Shown here one piece after another: positions 1 to 9,869 of a DNA stretch of 51,977 nt. Position numbers and translations under genes: made by a program. The notes under the pieces were generated by a model. That model made no database searches and was not told the origin of the DNA. It saw nothing but the letters and a program-made list of their open reading frames with translations. This DNA comes from Thermoplasmata archaeon (lineage in GTDB: Archaea; Thermoplasmatota; Thermoplasmata; Lutacidiplasmatales; UBA184), in contig JAKIWH010000002.1 in the NCBI GenBank assembly GCA_022750125.1, positions 1 to 51,977 on the forward strand, written 5' to 3'. Numbering within the stretch: position 1 is the first letter of the stretch; every line of letters starts with the position of its first letter.

Positions 1-50
1 CCAGGAAACGGATCTGCAGTCCGTCGCATTAACCATTCTGCCACCTTGGC
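1..50 (-). tRNA. tRNA-Cys(GCA), 3' part cut by the window edge
   Basis: Reverse complement reads GCCAAGG-TG-GCAGAATGGTTAATGC-G-ACGGA-CT-GCA-GA-TCCGT: acceptor 5' strand, D arm and a paired anticodon arm with GCA. A TTTTAAT box lies about 30 nt upstream. Confidence 0.9.
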
Positions 51-141
51 GCGGCCCGAGGGTCACCCGTGCCCGGATTAAAACCCTCGGCACGTCGCGG
101 CCGCGGGCAATTCAGGGTCATCGCCGTGTCCCGCGCCGCGG

Positions 142-822
142 CTAGACGGGACGGAGCCCTCGGCCGAGACGGAGGGAGGCGTACCGGAGCGCGAGGCGGA
201 GCCGGGCCCCAGCGGCGAGCGAGTCGCCGCCGGCAACGGTCCGGTGCTCGCGGAGACTCTCGAGCAGCTCCGCTTCGGTGCTCACACCGGCCGGGAACTC
301 CGTGAACGCTCGCCCCACCTCCTCGCGGAGGTGCGCGTCGCTGCCGCCGATCGTCCCGAGACCGCGTCGCTCGGCGACCTCCGCGGCCTTCGCATTCGCC
401 GAGGGCGCGCTCCGCCCGTTCCGCGTCTCGAGACCCGTCACCGAGGCACCCTCGGCGACCGCACGGCCCACGCCGTGGACCCAGCGGAACGGATGCGCGA
501 GGAGCACGACGGCGCGGCGGTCGTCGGCCCACCGGAGGAGCTCGGCGATCGGGCTGCCCCTCGGGGGAACCTCCGACACACCGTAGACGAGGACGTGTCC
601 CTCCCGCGCCGACACCTCGACGCCCCGTAGGAGGAGGAGGCGAGCATGGACGTTCCGCACCCGGACGAACTCGGCATGTCCCTCCACCGACTGGTGGTCG
701 GTGAGCGCGAACCCCTGCAATCCGCGCTCGGCGATCGCGTTCGCGATCTCGGACACCGAGAGCGACGAGTCCGAAGAGTGGTCCGAGTGGAGATGGAGGT
801 CGATCCTGGGGCCGGCGTTCAT
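142..822 (-). CDS. PHP-domain metal-dependent phosphoesterase
   Basis: DLHLHS, TDH, GVEVS..GH, AHP and GGSDAH motifs; 4-nt overlap with the metG stop. Confidence 0.9.
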   Translation of the reverse strand: MNAGPRIDLHLHSDHSSDSSLSVSEIANAIAERGLQGFALTDHQSVEGHAEFVRVRNVHARLLLLRGVEVSAREGHVLVYGVSEVPPRGSPIAELLRWADDRRAVVLLAHPFRWVHGVGRAVAEGASVTGLETRNGRSAPSANAKAAEVAERRGLGTIGGSDAHLREEVGRAFTEFPAGVSTEAELLESLREHRTVAGGDSLAAGARLRLALRYASLRLGRGLRPV

Positions 823-3110
823 CGCACCCGGGCCCCGACCCCCACCGGTTCTGCCACCTCGACCGGCTTTCCGCCCTCGAGGGCAAGGACCTCGGCAGGT
901 CCGTCTCGACCCGCCGCGAGGCGAAGTACGAGCTTCGTGCCGACGGGCCAGGAGCCGGCCACCTCAACGGTTCCCTCTCCGGTGGTGGCTCGACTCCGCT
1001 CGGGGCCGCTCGATTCCACGCGGGCGACCCGGAGCGGCCCGGCCTCGAACTCGGCGTAGCTGAGGCGTGGGAGGGGTTCGGGGCTCTTCGTCGAGCCCGC
1101 CCCGGGCTCTACGCCTTCGGCCGGCAGGAGAGGGTACACTTTCCCCTCCCACTCCGCGGCGAGGATCATCCCGTCGGAGAGCGTCGATCGGATCTTGCGG
1201 GGCTCGAGGTTCGCCAGCAGAACGACGCGGCGTCCGTCGAGCTCCTCCGGCGTCAGGTGGGGCCGGAGCCCCGCCACCACAGTCCGAGCCTCGCCCGGTC
1301 CGAGGTCGACCCCGAGCCGGTAGAGCCGGTCCGCGCCCTCGACGGCCGCGACCGACGTGATCCGCCCGGCGCGAAGCTCGAGGCGGGGAGCCGTTCGCGG
1401 AACCGCGGAGGCGGGGACACCGGGGGTCGTTCGCGGCGGCGGGGAAGTTCGGCCAGGGCTTCCCTCTGGCCGCGGGAATAGCGGAGTAACCTCACCGAGG
1501 CGGGTGCCCGGCGCGAGCGGTTCGAGCGCCCGGTCCCAGCCTCCGGACGCCAACGGGACGGCGAGCCCGAGCATCCGCTGGACCTTCTCCGAGCTCGAGG
1601 GGATGACCGGCGCTAGCCAGGTGGACGCAGCGCGGAGGAACCAGAGCCCCTCGTACAGCGCGCGAGCCCGCTCCTCGGGCGGAGCGCTCCACGGCTTCGC
1701 CTCCTGGAACCTCCGGTTCGCCTCCCGGATCTCGACGAGCGCGAGCTCGAGCGCCTGCTTGAGCCGCACGGCGTCGAACTCGGCGGTGATCTGGGCGTGG
1801 GCCGCCCGGAGGCGTCGCCCCACCTCCGAGGATTCGACGGTCCAGCCGTCGGGGGGCGCGGGTACGACCCCCGCGCACTTGTCCCGGACGAAGACGAGGA
1901 GCCGTTGGACCAGGTTGCCCCACTGGTTCGACAGCACTTCGTTCGCTATCGACTCGAATTCCGCCTCGGAGTAGTCGCTGTCGTGGTTCTGCGGGGCTCG
2001 GAGGGCCCCGTAGAACCGGATCACGTCCGCGGGCCAGCGAGCGAGGAGCGCAGGCAGCTCGAGCGGGTTCTCCGCCGAGGCGCCGGGGGACTGCGCCGGA
2101 GACTTGGAGAGCTTCCCACCGGAGAGGCGGAGCCATTCGTTCGCCGGAACGTCGTACGGAAGGGCGAGCCCCCCCCGGCCGAGCAGCATCGCGGGCCAGA
2201 ACAGTGTGTGGTGGAAGATGTTGTCCTTGCCGAGGAAGTAGTAGGGGCGGACCCCGGAACCGGGATCCCAGAACCGCCGCCACGCCTCGGGATCACCGGA
2301 GCGCTCGGCCCACTCCTTCGAGGCCGAGAGGTAGCCGATGACCGCCTCGAACCAGACGTAGAACACCTTCCCGTCGTACCCGTCGAGGGGGATCGGTATC
2401 CCCCAGGCGAGGTCCCGGGTGATCGGGGTCGGATGCAGCCCCGCGCTGCGGAAGTTCTCGGTGAAGGCACGGACGTTGTCCCGCCAGTAGCTCTTGTCGG
2501 CGAGATACCGCGCGAGCTCCGGCGCGAGCTTGTCGAGCCGCAGGTAGAAATGTTCCGAGGGGCGGAACTCGGCGGGGGTTCCGCAGAGCGAGCAGCGGGG
2601 CGACCCAAGCTCCCGGGGTTCGAGCACCCGTCCGCAGTTCGTGCACTCGTCACCGCGGGCCTGCTCGAAACCGCAGTGGGGACAGGTGCCGAGGAGATAC
2701 CGGTCGGGGAGGAATCGGTGCTCCTTCGGGCAGTACGGACTCTCGGCCGTCCGACGATCCGCGTACCCTGCCCGAAGCAGGATGAGGAAGAAATCCTGCA
2801 CCTCGCGAGCGTGGAGCGGAGTGTGCGTGCTGGTGAACAGGTCGTAGGAGAGCCCGAGCTTCTGGATCGATTCGCGGTTCACAGCGTCGTACCGGACCGC
2901 GATCGTCTCGGCGGGTACACCCTCGCGTTCGGCCCGGAAGCTCACCGGGGTCCCGTGCATGTCGGAGCCCGAGACCATCAGCACCTCGTTCCCGCGGAGG
3001 CGATGGAATCGCGCGAACTCATCGGCGGGGAGGTACGCTCCGACGAGATGGCCCAGGTGGAACGGCCCGTTCGCGTACGGCCAGGCGACGCCGATGAAGA
3101 TCCGCGACAT
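819..3110 (-). CDS. metG: Methionyl-tRNA synthetase with C-terminal tRNA-binding OB domain(s)
   Basis: WPYANGPFHLGH (HIGH), zinc-knuckle CxxC pairs, YVWFEA, GKDN, KLSKS, and a Trbp111-like C-terminus (LANLEPRKI..SDGMILAA). Confidence 0.97.
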   Translation of the reverse strand: MSRIFIGVAWPYANGPFHLGHLVGAYLPADEFARFHRLRGNEVLMVSGSDMHGTPVSFRAEREGVPAETIAVRYDAVNRESIQKLGLSYDLFTSTHTPLHAREVQDFFLILLRAGYADRRTAESPYCPKEHRFLPDRYLLGTCPHCGFEQARGDECTNCGRVLEPRELGSPRCSLCGTPAEFRPSEHFYLRLDKLAPELARYLADKSYWRDNVRAFTENFRSAGLHPTPITRDLAWGIPIPLDGYDGKVFYVWFEAVIGYLSASKEWAERSGDPEAWRRFWDPGSGVRPYYFLGKDNIFHHTLFWPAMLLGRGGLALPYDVPANEWLRLSGGKLSKSPAQSPGASAENPLELPALLARWPADVIRFYGALRAPQNHDSDYSEAEFESIANEVLSNQWGNLVQRLLVFVRDKCAGVVPAPPDGWTVESSEVGRRLRAAHAQITAEFDAVRLKQALELALVEIREANRRFQEAKPWSAPPEERARALYEGLWFLRAASTWLAPVIPSSSEKVQRMLGLAVPLASGGWDRALEPLAPGTRLGEVTPLFPRPEGSPGRTSPPPRTTPGVPASAVPRTAPRLELRAGRITSVAAVEGADRLYRLGVDLGPGEARTVVAGLRPHLTPEELDGRRVVLLANLEPRKIRSTLSDGMILAAEWEGKVYPLLPAEGVEPGAGSTKSPEPLPRLSYAEFEAGPLRVARVESSGPERSRATTGEGTVEVAGSWPVGTKLVLRLAAGRDGPAEVLALEGGKPVEVAEPVGVGARVR

Positions 3111-3210
3111 CGAGGCCCCCGCCTATCGAGCGGGGGGCGGACTATACGGTTTGGGGAACGGACTTCCGGCCGAAGCCCGGGTTAAATCCCGGCGACCGCT
3201 CCGCACCCCC

Positions 3211-4134
3211 GTGGCGGAGGCCGAGGAGGGGGGCGCGATGCGCCGACCGGCCGTGCCCGCCGCCGACGCTCTGATCGGTGTGCCCCGTCCCGTGCTCACC
3301 CACGGGTTCGTCACGCTCGTCGATTACATGGGGGACGACAACGCGATCGTCCAGGCGGCGCGGGTTTCGTACGGGCGCGGTACGAAATCGCTTCGAGACG
3401 ACCGGGGCCTCATACGGTACCTTCTCCGGCACCGCCACACGACCCCGTTCGAGATGGTCGAGTTCAAGTTCCTCGTTCGGCTCCCCATCTACGTCGCCCG
3501 CCAGTGGATCCGGCACCGCACCGCGTCGGTGAACGAGTACTCGGCCCGCTATTCGGTGGTCCCGGAGGAGTTCGACCTCCCCGAGCCCGATCGGATCCGG
3601 GCCCAGTCGAGCCGGAACCGGCAAGGCCGGGGCGATCCGTTACCCCCCGAGGCGGTCGCCCGTTTCCGAGGGGAGCTCGAGCGGCTCTCGACGGAGTCCT
3701 ACCGGGCGTACTCCGAGGCGCTCGCCGCGGGAGTGGCCCGCGAGACGGCGCGGCTCGTGCTCCCGCTCGCGACGTACACCCAATGGTACTGGAAGATCGA
3801 CCTGTGGAACCTCCTCCACTTCCTCTCCCTCCGCCTCGACCCGCACGCGCAGGAGGAGATTCGTAGGTACGCCTCGGAGCTCGCCTCCCTCGCGAAGCTC
3901 GTCACCCCGATCGCTTTCGAGGCGTTCGAGGAGTTCCAGCTCGAGGGGCTCTCCCTCACCCGGAGGGAGCAGGTTGCGGTCCGAGCTCTCCTTCGAGGGA
4001 CCGAGGTGAAGGAGGCGTGCCGCGAAGCTGGGCTTCCCCTCGCCAAGGAGGACGGAACGCCCATGCGCACGGGGGAGGGCGTAGAGTTCCTCGAAAAGCT
4101 CGCCCGCCTCACCGGGGAGCCGACGTCCGGCTAG
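3211..4134 (+). CDS. thyX: Flavin-dependent thymidylate synthase
   Basis: AARVSY, HTTPFE, RQWIRHR..SVNEYSARY, LRLDPHAQEEIR. Start moved to GTG 3211 (ATG 3238 is the alternative), downstream of TTAAAT at 3182. Confidence 0.95.
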   Translation: MAEAEEGGAMRRPAVPAADALIGVPRPVLTHGFVTLVDYMGDDNAIVQAARVSYGRGTKSLRDDRGLIRYLLRHRHTTPFEMVEFKFLVRLPIYVARQWIRHRTASVNEYSARYSVVPEEFDLPEPDRIRAQSSRNRQGRGDPLPPEAVARFRGELERLSTESYRAYSEALAAGVARETARLVLPLATYTQWYWKIDLWNLLHFLSLRLDPHAQEEIRRYASELASLAKLVTPIAFEAFEEFQLEGLSLTRREQVAVRALLRGTEVKEACREAGLPLAKEDGTPMRTGEGVEFLEKLARLTGEPTSG

Positions 4135-4144
4135 GCCCCGGCGC

Positions 4145-4600
4145 TCACTTCCGGCGTGGGCTCGGTCCGCCTTGGGGAGCCGCAGTAGTCCCGGTCGGCA
4201 CAGGGAGGAAGAGACGGAGCTCTTTCTGGCTCCGGTAGAACTCTAGCGACGGCCGCCCCGGCTCGGGAGTGTACTTGTGGACGAGCTCCTCGAAGATGCC
4301 CGGGATCTCGTGCATCCGGTTCCCCCAATCCGGTAGGTTTCTCTGGACGTACCGTCCCGCGGGGACGCTGCCCTCCTCGAGACCGAGAGCCTTCGGATCG
4401 TCCGAAGAGATCCGTTCCACCGACGCGTAGTACACCTCCGGTATCCCGTCCGTGACGTAGACGCAGCCCCAGAACCGCCGCCCGCGCAGCGTCGAAAGCT
4501 TCGCCTCGAGCTGCCCGAACGCCTTCGTCGGCGCGCCCGGAGCAAGGTTCGTCTTGATCCAGAGGAACTGCATTGCAGGAAGGTCGACGATCGGGTCCAT
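4145..4600 (-). CDS. GyrI-like small-molecule-binding domain protein
   Basis: Typical VPAGRY and PSLEFY..LFLPV pattern; 151 aa. Confidence 0.7.
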   Translation of the reverse strand: MDPIVDLPAMQFLWIKTNLAPGAPTKAFGQLEAKLSTLRGRRFWGCVYVTDGIPEVYYASVERISSDDPKALGLEEGSVPAGRYVQRNLPDWGNRMHEIPGIFEELVHKYTPEPGRPSLEFYRSQKELRLFLPVPTGTTAAPQGGPSPRRK

Positions 4601-4660
4601 CGGGTCCGGGAGCGGGGCGCGGTACTTAGGGGGTGGGGCGGCGCTCGTACCTGCGAGCGG

Positions 4661-5860
4661 TCAGCAGCGGGGGAGGTCGCCGTCCTCGAGAGTGAAGCCC
4701 GGCTGCGGGCCGAACGACGGGAGGACGGGACCGAACCGGTCGGGTCGCACGGGGGCGAGTCGTTCGGCTGCTCTCGAGTCCCCAGACCCGTCGGCAAGGA
4801 GCTCGGCGAGCCGTCGAGCGGCCCCCGCGGCTCGCATCACGCCGAACCCGTTGAATCCCGCGAGGACGTAGAGCGAGCGGCGAGGATCCAAAGCGCCGAT
4901 GAGGGGTCGGCGGTCCGGGGTCGCGTCGCAAACACCGGACCACGCGGCGCTCACCTCCGAGTCTTGCCAGCGCGGCCAGCGCTGCGCGAGGGCGAAGGCG
5001 ATGTGCTCGAGGAACTCCGGAGTTCCGCCGCCGGGGACTTGATCGGGATCCACCTCGCGGAGTTCCGTCCCGTTGCCGACGAGAATGCGGGAGGCGTCCT
5101 CCGGGCGCAGGTAGACGTCGTGGTCGATGTCGTGGGCGGCCGGGAACGTTTCGGGCGGAGCTTCGAGGGGACGGATCAGCGCCGCCTGAGTGCGGTAGGG
5201 GGCGAGCGGGAGAGGATGCCCGAGCTCGGCGGCAAGACGTTTCGACCAGGCCCCTGCCGCGAGGACGAGCTGCTCGGCGCGGATCGGCCCGGAGGGGGTG
5301 TCGAGTTCCCAAACGGAGCCCGAGCGGCGAGGGAGCTTCAGGACCTGGCCGAACTCGTAACGGACCCCCAGCCTTCGGCCCTCCTCCACGTAGTCGCCGG
5401 CGAGTTCCGTGGGATTCACGCACGCGTCCTCCGAGGAGTAGAGCCCGACCGTGCGCTCATCGAACTCGGCCCAGGGGAACTTCTCGGCAAGCTCGCCGCC
5501 CCGAAGGGTCGAGGTCTCCACGCCCCAGGAACGGAAACGCTCGCGGGCCCGTTCGAGGATCGGCTCCTTTTCCGCGTCCTGCGTCCACCGAACGAATCCC
5601 GTCCGCCGGTACGCCCCTCGCCCGAGGTGCTGAGCCCGCTCGGAGTACTCCTGTTGAGTCTCGCGGGCCACTTCGACATCCCACGAGTTCCAGAGCTGCG
5701 TTGTGACGATGCCAGCGGCCCGGCCGGTGGCGCCCCCCGCCACCGTCCTCGGGTCGACCACGGCGACCGGACCGAGATGGCGGCGCGCGAGATGGAGCGC
5801 TAGGCTCACCCCTGCAAGGCCGGCGCCCAGGACGAGGACCCGGTGCTGGGACTCTACCAC
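4661..5860 (-). CDS. FAD-dependent oxidoreductase (DAO / sarcosine oxidase beta family)
   Basis: VLGAGLAG Rossmann motif, GATGRAAG, AAGAWS, TPDRRPLIG, GFNGFG. Start trimmed to GTG 5860. Confidence 0.9.
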   Translation of the reverse strand: MVESQHRVLVLGAGLAGVSLALHLARRHLGPVAVVDPRTVAGGATGRAAGIVTTQLWNSWDVEVARETQQEYSERAQHLGRGAYRRTGFVRWTQDAEKEPILERARERFRSWGVETSTLRGGELAEKFPWAEFDERTVGLYSSEDACVNPTELAGDYVEEGRRLGVRYEFGQVLKLPRRSGSVWELDTPSGPIRAEQLVLAAGAWSKRLAAELGHPLPLAPYRTQAALIRPLEAPPETFPAAHDIDHDVYLRPEDASRILVGNGTELREVDPDQVPGGGTPEFLEHIAFALAQRWPRWQDSEVSAAWSGVCDATPDRRPLIGALDPRRSLYVLAGFNGFGVMRAAGAARRLAELLADGSGDSRAAERLAPVRPDRFGPVLPSFGPQPGFTLEDGDLPRC

Positions 5861-5918
5861 GGAGCCCCCGAAGCGGGGCGCCCTACTTCTCGCTCGCGGA
5901 GCTTTGCGTGGGGGCGCG

Positions 5919-6821
5919 CTAGAACTCGGGCTGCGCCTTGCGGTACGCTTCGCGCAGCGCCTGCGTATCCACGTGCGTATAGATCTGGGTCGTGGCGACC
6001 GACGCATGTCCGAGGAGCTTCTGGATGTACCGTATGTCGCAGCCGCGCCGGAGGAGGGCGGTCGCGAGAGTGTGGCGGAGGACGTGCGGGGTGACGTGCT
6101 GGGAGAGTCCGGCGAGCGTCGCTGCGCGGCGCACCATCCGCTCGACGGTCACGGGACTCACAGGGAAGAGTCGTGGACTCTCGATGCCCGCGAGCTTGCG
6201 GTCGGCGAGGTACCGCTCGATAGCATCCCGGGTCTTCTCCTCGATGAGCACCTCACGGTCCTTGTCCCCCTTGCCGCTCCGGACGTGGAGGATGCCCCGG
6301 TCGAACTCGATGTCCTCGAAGGTGAGGCGGCACAGCTCGCCGAGACGCAGGCCGCTGTACGCAAGCACGTGGAGTATCGCATAGTCGCGCGGCGAGGCGT
6401 GCGCCGCCTCGAACAGCCGGTGCGTCTCCTCCTCGGAGAGGTAGTGAGGTAACCGCTCCGGCCGCCGGGGCGCCTCGAGACCCCGCTCCATCGGGATGCC
6501 GAAGGTTCGGAAGAGACAGGTGAGGCCACGTACGGTCGTGTAGAGCGAGTTCTTGCTGTAGTGCCGCTGGAGCACGAGGTATTCCCGGAATCCCTCGATG
6601 TCCCGGGTGCTCACCTCGTCGAGCGGCTTTCCCACGTACCCTAGGAAGGTCCGTGCGATGTGGCCGTACTGCTTCACCGTGCACGGGCTCCGCTCCTGAC
6701 CCTGAAGGGTCCGCTGGAAACGGTCGACGAGCTCGGGCGCGGAGAAGGAGGGCTCGTCGTGATGCGGCACCCCGGCGCGGGGACCCCCCGCGCGACCGCG
6801 CGGCGCGGTCCCAACGCTCAT
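5919..6821 (-). CDS. xerA: Tyrosine recombinase, XerA/XerC type
   Basis: N-terminal SAM-like domain plus catalytic SGLR, GKGDKDR, HVLRH, LLGH and TQIY. Housekeeping context. Probable start is ATG 6821, downstream of a TTAAT box. Confidence 0.85.
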   Translation of the reverse strand: MSVGTAPRGRAGGPRAGVPHHDEPSFSAPELVDRFQRTLQGQERSPCTVKQYGHIARTFLGYVGKPLDEVSTRDIEGFREYLVLQRHYSKNSLYTTVRGLTCLFRTFGIPMERGLEAPRRPERLPHYLSEEETHRLFEAAHASPRDYAILHVLAYSGLRLGELCRLTFEDIEFDRGILHVRSGKGDKDREVLIEEKTRDAIERYLADRKLAGIESPRLFPVSPVTVERMVRRAATLAGLSQHVTPHVLRHTLATALLRRGCDIRYIQKLLGHASVATTQIYTHVDTQALREAYRKAQPEF

Positions 6822-6934
6822 TGGAGCGCGCTTGGCGGGGGAGGGGTTCATTAAGGCTCGCGCGCACAGGAACGTGCCGGGGCGCGAGAAGCGTCGGCAG
6901 GCGCTTTCTACCGCCGAACTCTCCGGTTCGCTCC

Positions 6935-7921
6935 GTGCGCTGCGACCGATGCGAGCTCGAGGCGGTCGTCGACCAACCGTACCGCCAGGCGCACCTCTGC
7001 AAGTCGCACTTCCTCGCTTCCGTAGAGGGGCGCGTGCGCCGGGAGCTGCACCGACAGCTCCCCGGGTTCCCGGGCGGGACGGTGGCGGTCGCGTTGTCCG
7101 GTGGCAAAGATTCGGTCGTCACGCTGGAGCTCGCGTCGCGCTACTTCTCTCGGCGACCGGGCGTGCGGCTCGTCGCGATCACCGTCGACGAGGGGATCGC
7201 GGACTACCGCACGGCCTCGCTGCGGGCCGCTGCGGCCTGCGCGGAACGGCTCGAGATCGAGCACCGGATCGTGCGATCCGAGGACGCCCTCGGCACGACC
7301 ACCGACGCCGCTGCGCTCGAGCTCCCGATGCTCGCCCCCTGCTCCTTCTGCGGCGTCTGGAGACGCCAGCTCCTCAACCAGTCGGCGCGCGACGTGGGCG
7401 CGGACGTCCTTCTCCTCGGGTTCAATCTGGACGACCTCGCGCAAACGGTGTTGATGAATCTCGCGCGGGGCGAGCTTCCGCGACTTCTCCGCATGGCGCC
7501 GCACACTCGTCGACAGCCCGGGCTGATCCCGAGGGCGGCCCCGCTCGCGGCGATCCCCGAGCGCGAAGTCTACCTCTATGCGCGCCTCGCCGCGCTCCAG
7601 TTTGATCACTCCGAGTGCCCGCACGCCACCCGAGCCGCCCGGAACGAGTTTCGGGAGGTGCTTTGGCGTCTCGAAGATGCGATCCCTGGGACTCGTCAGG
7701 CGCTGCTACGTACCCGCGAGAGATTGCTGCCGCTGCTTGAGACGGCGTACGGCGGGACACGCGCGGGGGTCTGCAGCGAGTGCGGCGAACCCGCCACCGG
7801 GACGCTGTGCCGTGCCTGCTCGTACCGGACGAGGGCACGAACGGCGACCCGACCGGCCGCGACGGCGCGGGCTCCTCGAGGTTTCGAGCATAGCCTTGAA
7901 GTAGGGGATTCGGCAGAATGA
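6935..7921 (+). CDS. tRNA 2-thiolation protein (TtuA/NcsA, PP-loop)
   Basis: N-terminal CxxC..LCxxHF, SGGKDS PP-loop, CSFCGVWRR, NLDD, ECPH, C-terminal CxxC..CxxC. Start trimmed to GTG 6935. Confidence 0.9.
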   Translation: MRCDRCELEAVVDQPYRQAHLCKSHFLASVEGRVRRELHRQLPGFPGGTVAVALSGGKDSVVTLELASRYFSRRPGVRLVAITVDEGIADYRTASLRAAAACAERLEIEHRIVRSEDALGTTTDAAALELPMLAPCSFCGVWRRQLLNQSARDVGADVLLLGFNLDDLAQTVLMNLARGELPRLLRMAPHTRRQPGLIPRAAPLAAIPEREVYLYARLAALQFDHSECPHATRAARNEFREVLWRLEDAIPGTRQALLRTRERLLPLLETAYGGTRAGVCSECGEPATGTLCRACSYRTRARTATRPAATARAPRGFEHSLEVGDSAE

Positions 7922-9800
7922 GTCGCATGGCCCGACCTGCCTCGAAGTCCCGTAACCCTCTTGCCGACTTTCCCGTCGCATCCTTGGTGCTCCTGGTCGG
8001 GATCCTGGCCGTCCTCCCGGTTGGGGGTCTCCTCGTATGGGCGGGTCACAGTCCATCCATCGGTTCCGCTGCCCCTCGCGTGAGCCTTGGGGCGGCTCCT
8101 GCCTCAGCCTCTGCGCACCTCGCTTCCCCGCACGCCCCCCTTCTCTCCCCCGCGCCTAGCTGGTGGAACATCACCGGACTCTCTCTCGGGGGACCGGCGG
8201 CCAGGATCCTCGGGACCATGGCCTGGGACGCCACGGACGGTTACTCGGTCCTCTTCGGGGGATCGAGCGGCGGTGGAGTCCCGCCCATCCTCGGCGACAC
8301 GTGGTCGTTCCGGAACGGCACGTGGACCCAGCTGAGCCCTTCGCTCCACCCCTTGCCGCGCGTCTTCCAGGCGATGGCGTACGACCCACTTGACGGGTAC
8401 GTCCTCCTGTTCGGCGGGTACAACGGCTCGGCCGTCTACGGCGACACCTGGGCGTTCTCCCACGGCCAGTGGACCAACATCTCTCCGCTCAGCTCCCCCT
8501 CCGTCCGCTACGGCTCCTCGCTCACCTACGACGCCGCCGATGGGGAGATGCTGCTGTACGGGGGACTGAACGTTAGTGGCGCGCCGCTCAGCGAGACCTG
8601 GGCGTTCGCGCACGGCAGCTGGAACCAACTCTCCCCGGCCACGAACCCTGGACCGCTCATCATCCCTACGATGGTGTACGACGCCGCCGACGGCTACGTC
8701 CTCATGGAGGGCGGCTCCCACAACAACTCCGACCTCGGGGTGACCGGCGCCTGCTGGAGGTTCTCCGGAGGGGTCTGGACGCAGCTCACGCCCGCCCTGC
8801 TTCCCGCGCCCCGCCTCGCGGCCGACGCGGCGTATGACCCCGCGACCTCAACGCCGCCTTCACCGATTTCTGGCAGTTCCACGCCGGGGCGTGGAACGAG
8901 ATCTCGCCGTCGACCCCGGCGGGGGCGCGGTTCGGCTCGGCCGTCGCCTACCAGCCGCTCGCTGGCTATCTGCTCGTGATGGGCGGCACCCTTCAGTTGA
9001 GCCCCACGCGCGAGATCTCCGCCTCCGACAGCTGGGCCTACGCTCCAGCGCTCAACGTCACGGGCACCTCGACGCCGCCCGCAACTGATCTCGGAGCCAA
9101 GGTCAAGTTCTCGGGCCAGACCACGGGGGGAATCGGGCCGGTCGCCCTCTCGTGGAGCTTCGGCGACGCCTCGACCGGCTCCGGGGTCGGCCCCAACCAT
9201 ACCTACGCCGCGATGGGCAGCTACACCGTTCACCTCAACGCCACCGATGCGGTCGGCACCCACGCGACGACGACGTTCACCGTGACGGCGAACGCGCGCC
9301 CGTCGGCGGCGATCACGACCTCACCCTCCCCCGCTGACGTGACCGTCTCCGCGGGTGGGCGGGTCAACTTCACCGGGACGGGCGCGGGGGGAACGGCGCC
9401 CTTCACCTACGGGTGGAGCTTCGGCGACGGCCTCACCGGCACGGGCAACAGCACGAGCCACGCGTACGCGGCGGCAGGGACGTTCACCGTGCGGCTCACG
9501 GTAACGGACGCGGCCGGCGTGCTCGCAACGTCGAACGTGACCGTGAACGTCACGGCCGGAACGAACCACAACACGTCCGGCTCGGGCAGCTCCAGCTCGA
9601 CCCCGTATCTTCTGTACGGTATCCTAGGTGCGGTCGTGCTCGCGGTCATCGTGGCCGCGGTGCTCCTCCTCTCCCGAAGGAAGCGGACCCCTCCGGCGAG
9701 CCCCCCAGCTCCGCCCGGCTACCCGCCGCAGGGCTACTACCCGCCTCCCGCTTCGGGGCCGGCCGCTTCCCCGCCCGCGGCTCCGCCACGGACCGGCTGA
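7918..9800 (+). pseudogene. Membrane-anchored Kelch-repeat + 2x PKD surface protein, split by a frameshifting deletion near 8845
   Basis: Signal/TM segment, then repeated YDAADGYxxLFGG..DTWxF..GxW blades. After 8845 the repeat continues in the frame of ORF 8976..9800, which carries two WSFGDx PKD domains, a TM anchor and a Pro-rich tail. Confidence 0.75.
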
Positions 9801-9869
9801 GGGCAGCTCCCCCGGTTCACTCGACGGGACGCGAGACAATCGTCTTACGGCCCGGGTCTTCCACCCGGC

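Noticed and set aside
5919..6851. Tyrosine recombinase as the integrase of a mobile element
   Set aside because: XerA-like size and motifs, flanked by housekeeping genes, with no att repeats or cargo nearby.
9150..9430. Direct repeat GTGGAGCTTCGGCGACG, and similar repeats in the Kelch region
   Set aside because: Coding repeats of PKD and Kelch motifs. No CRISPR-like regularly spaced array was seen anywhere in the window.
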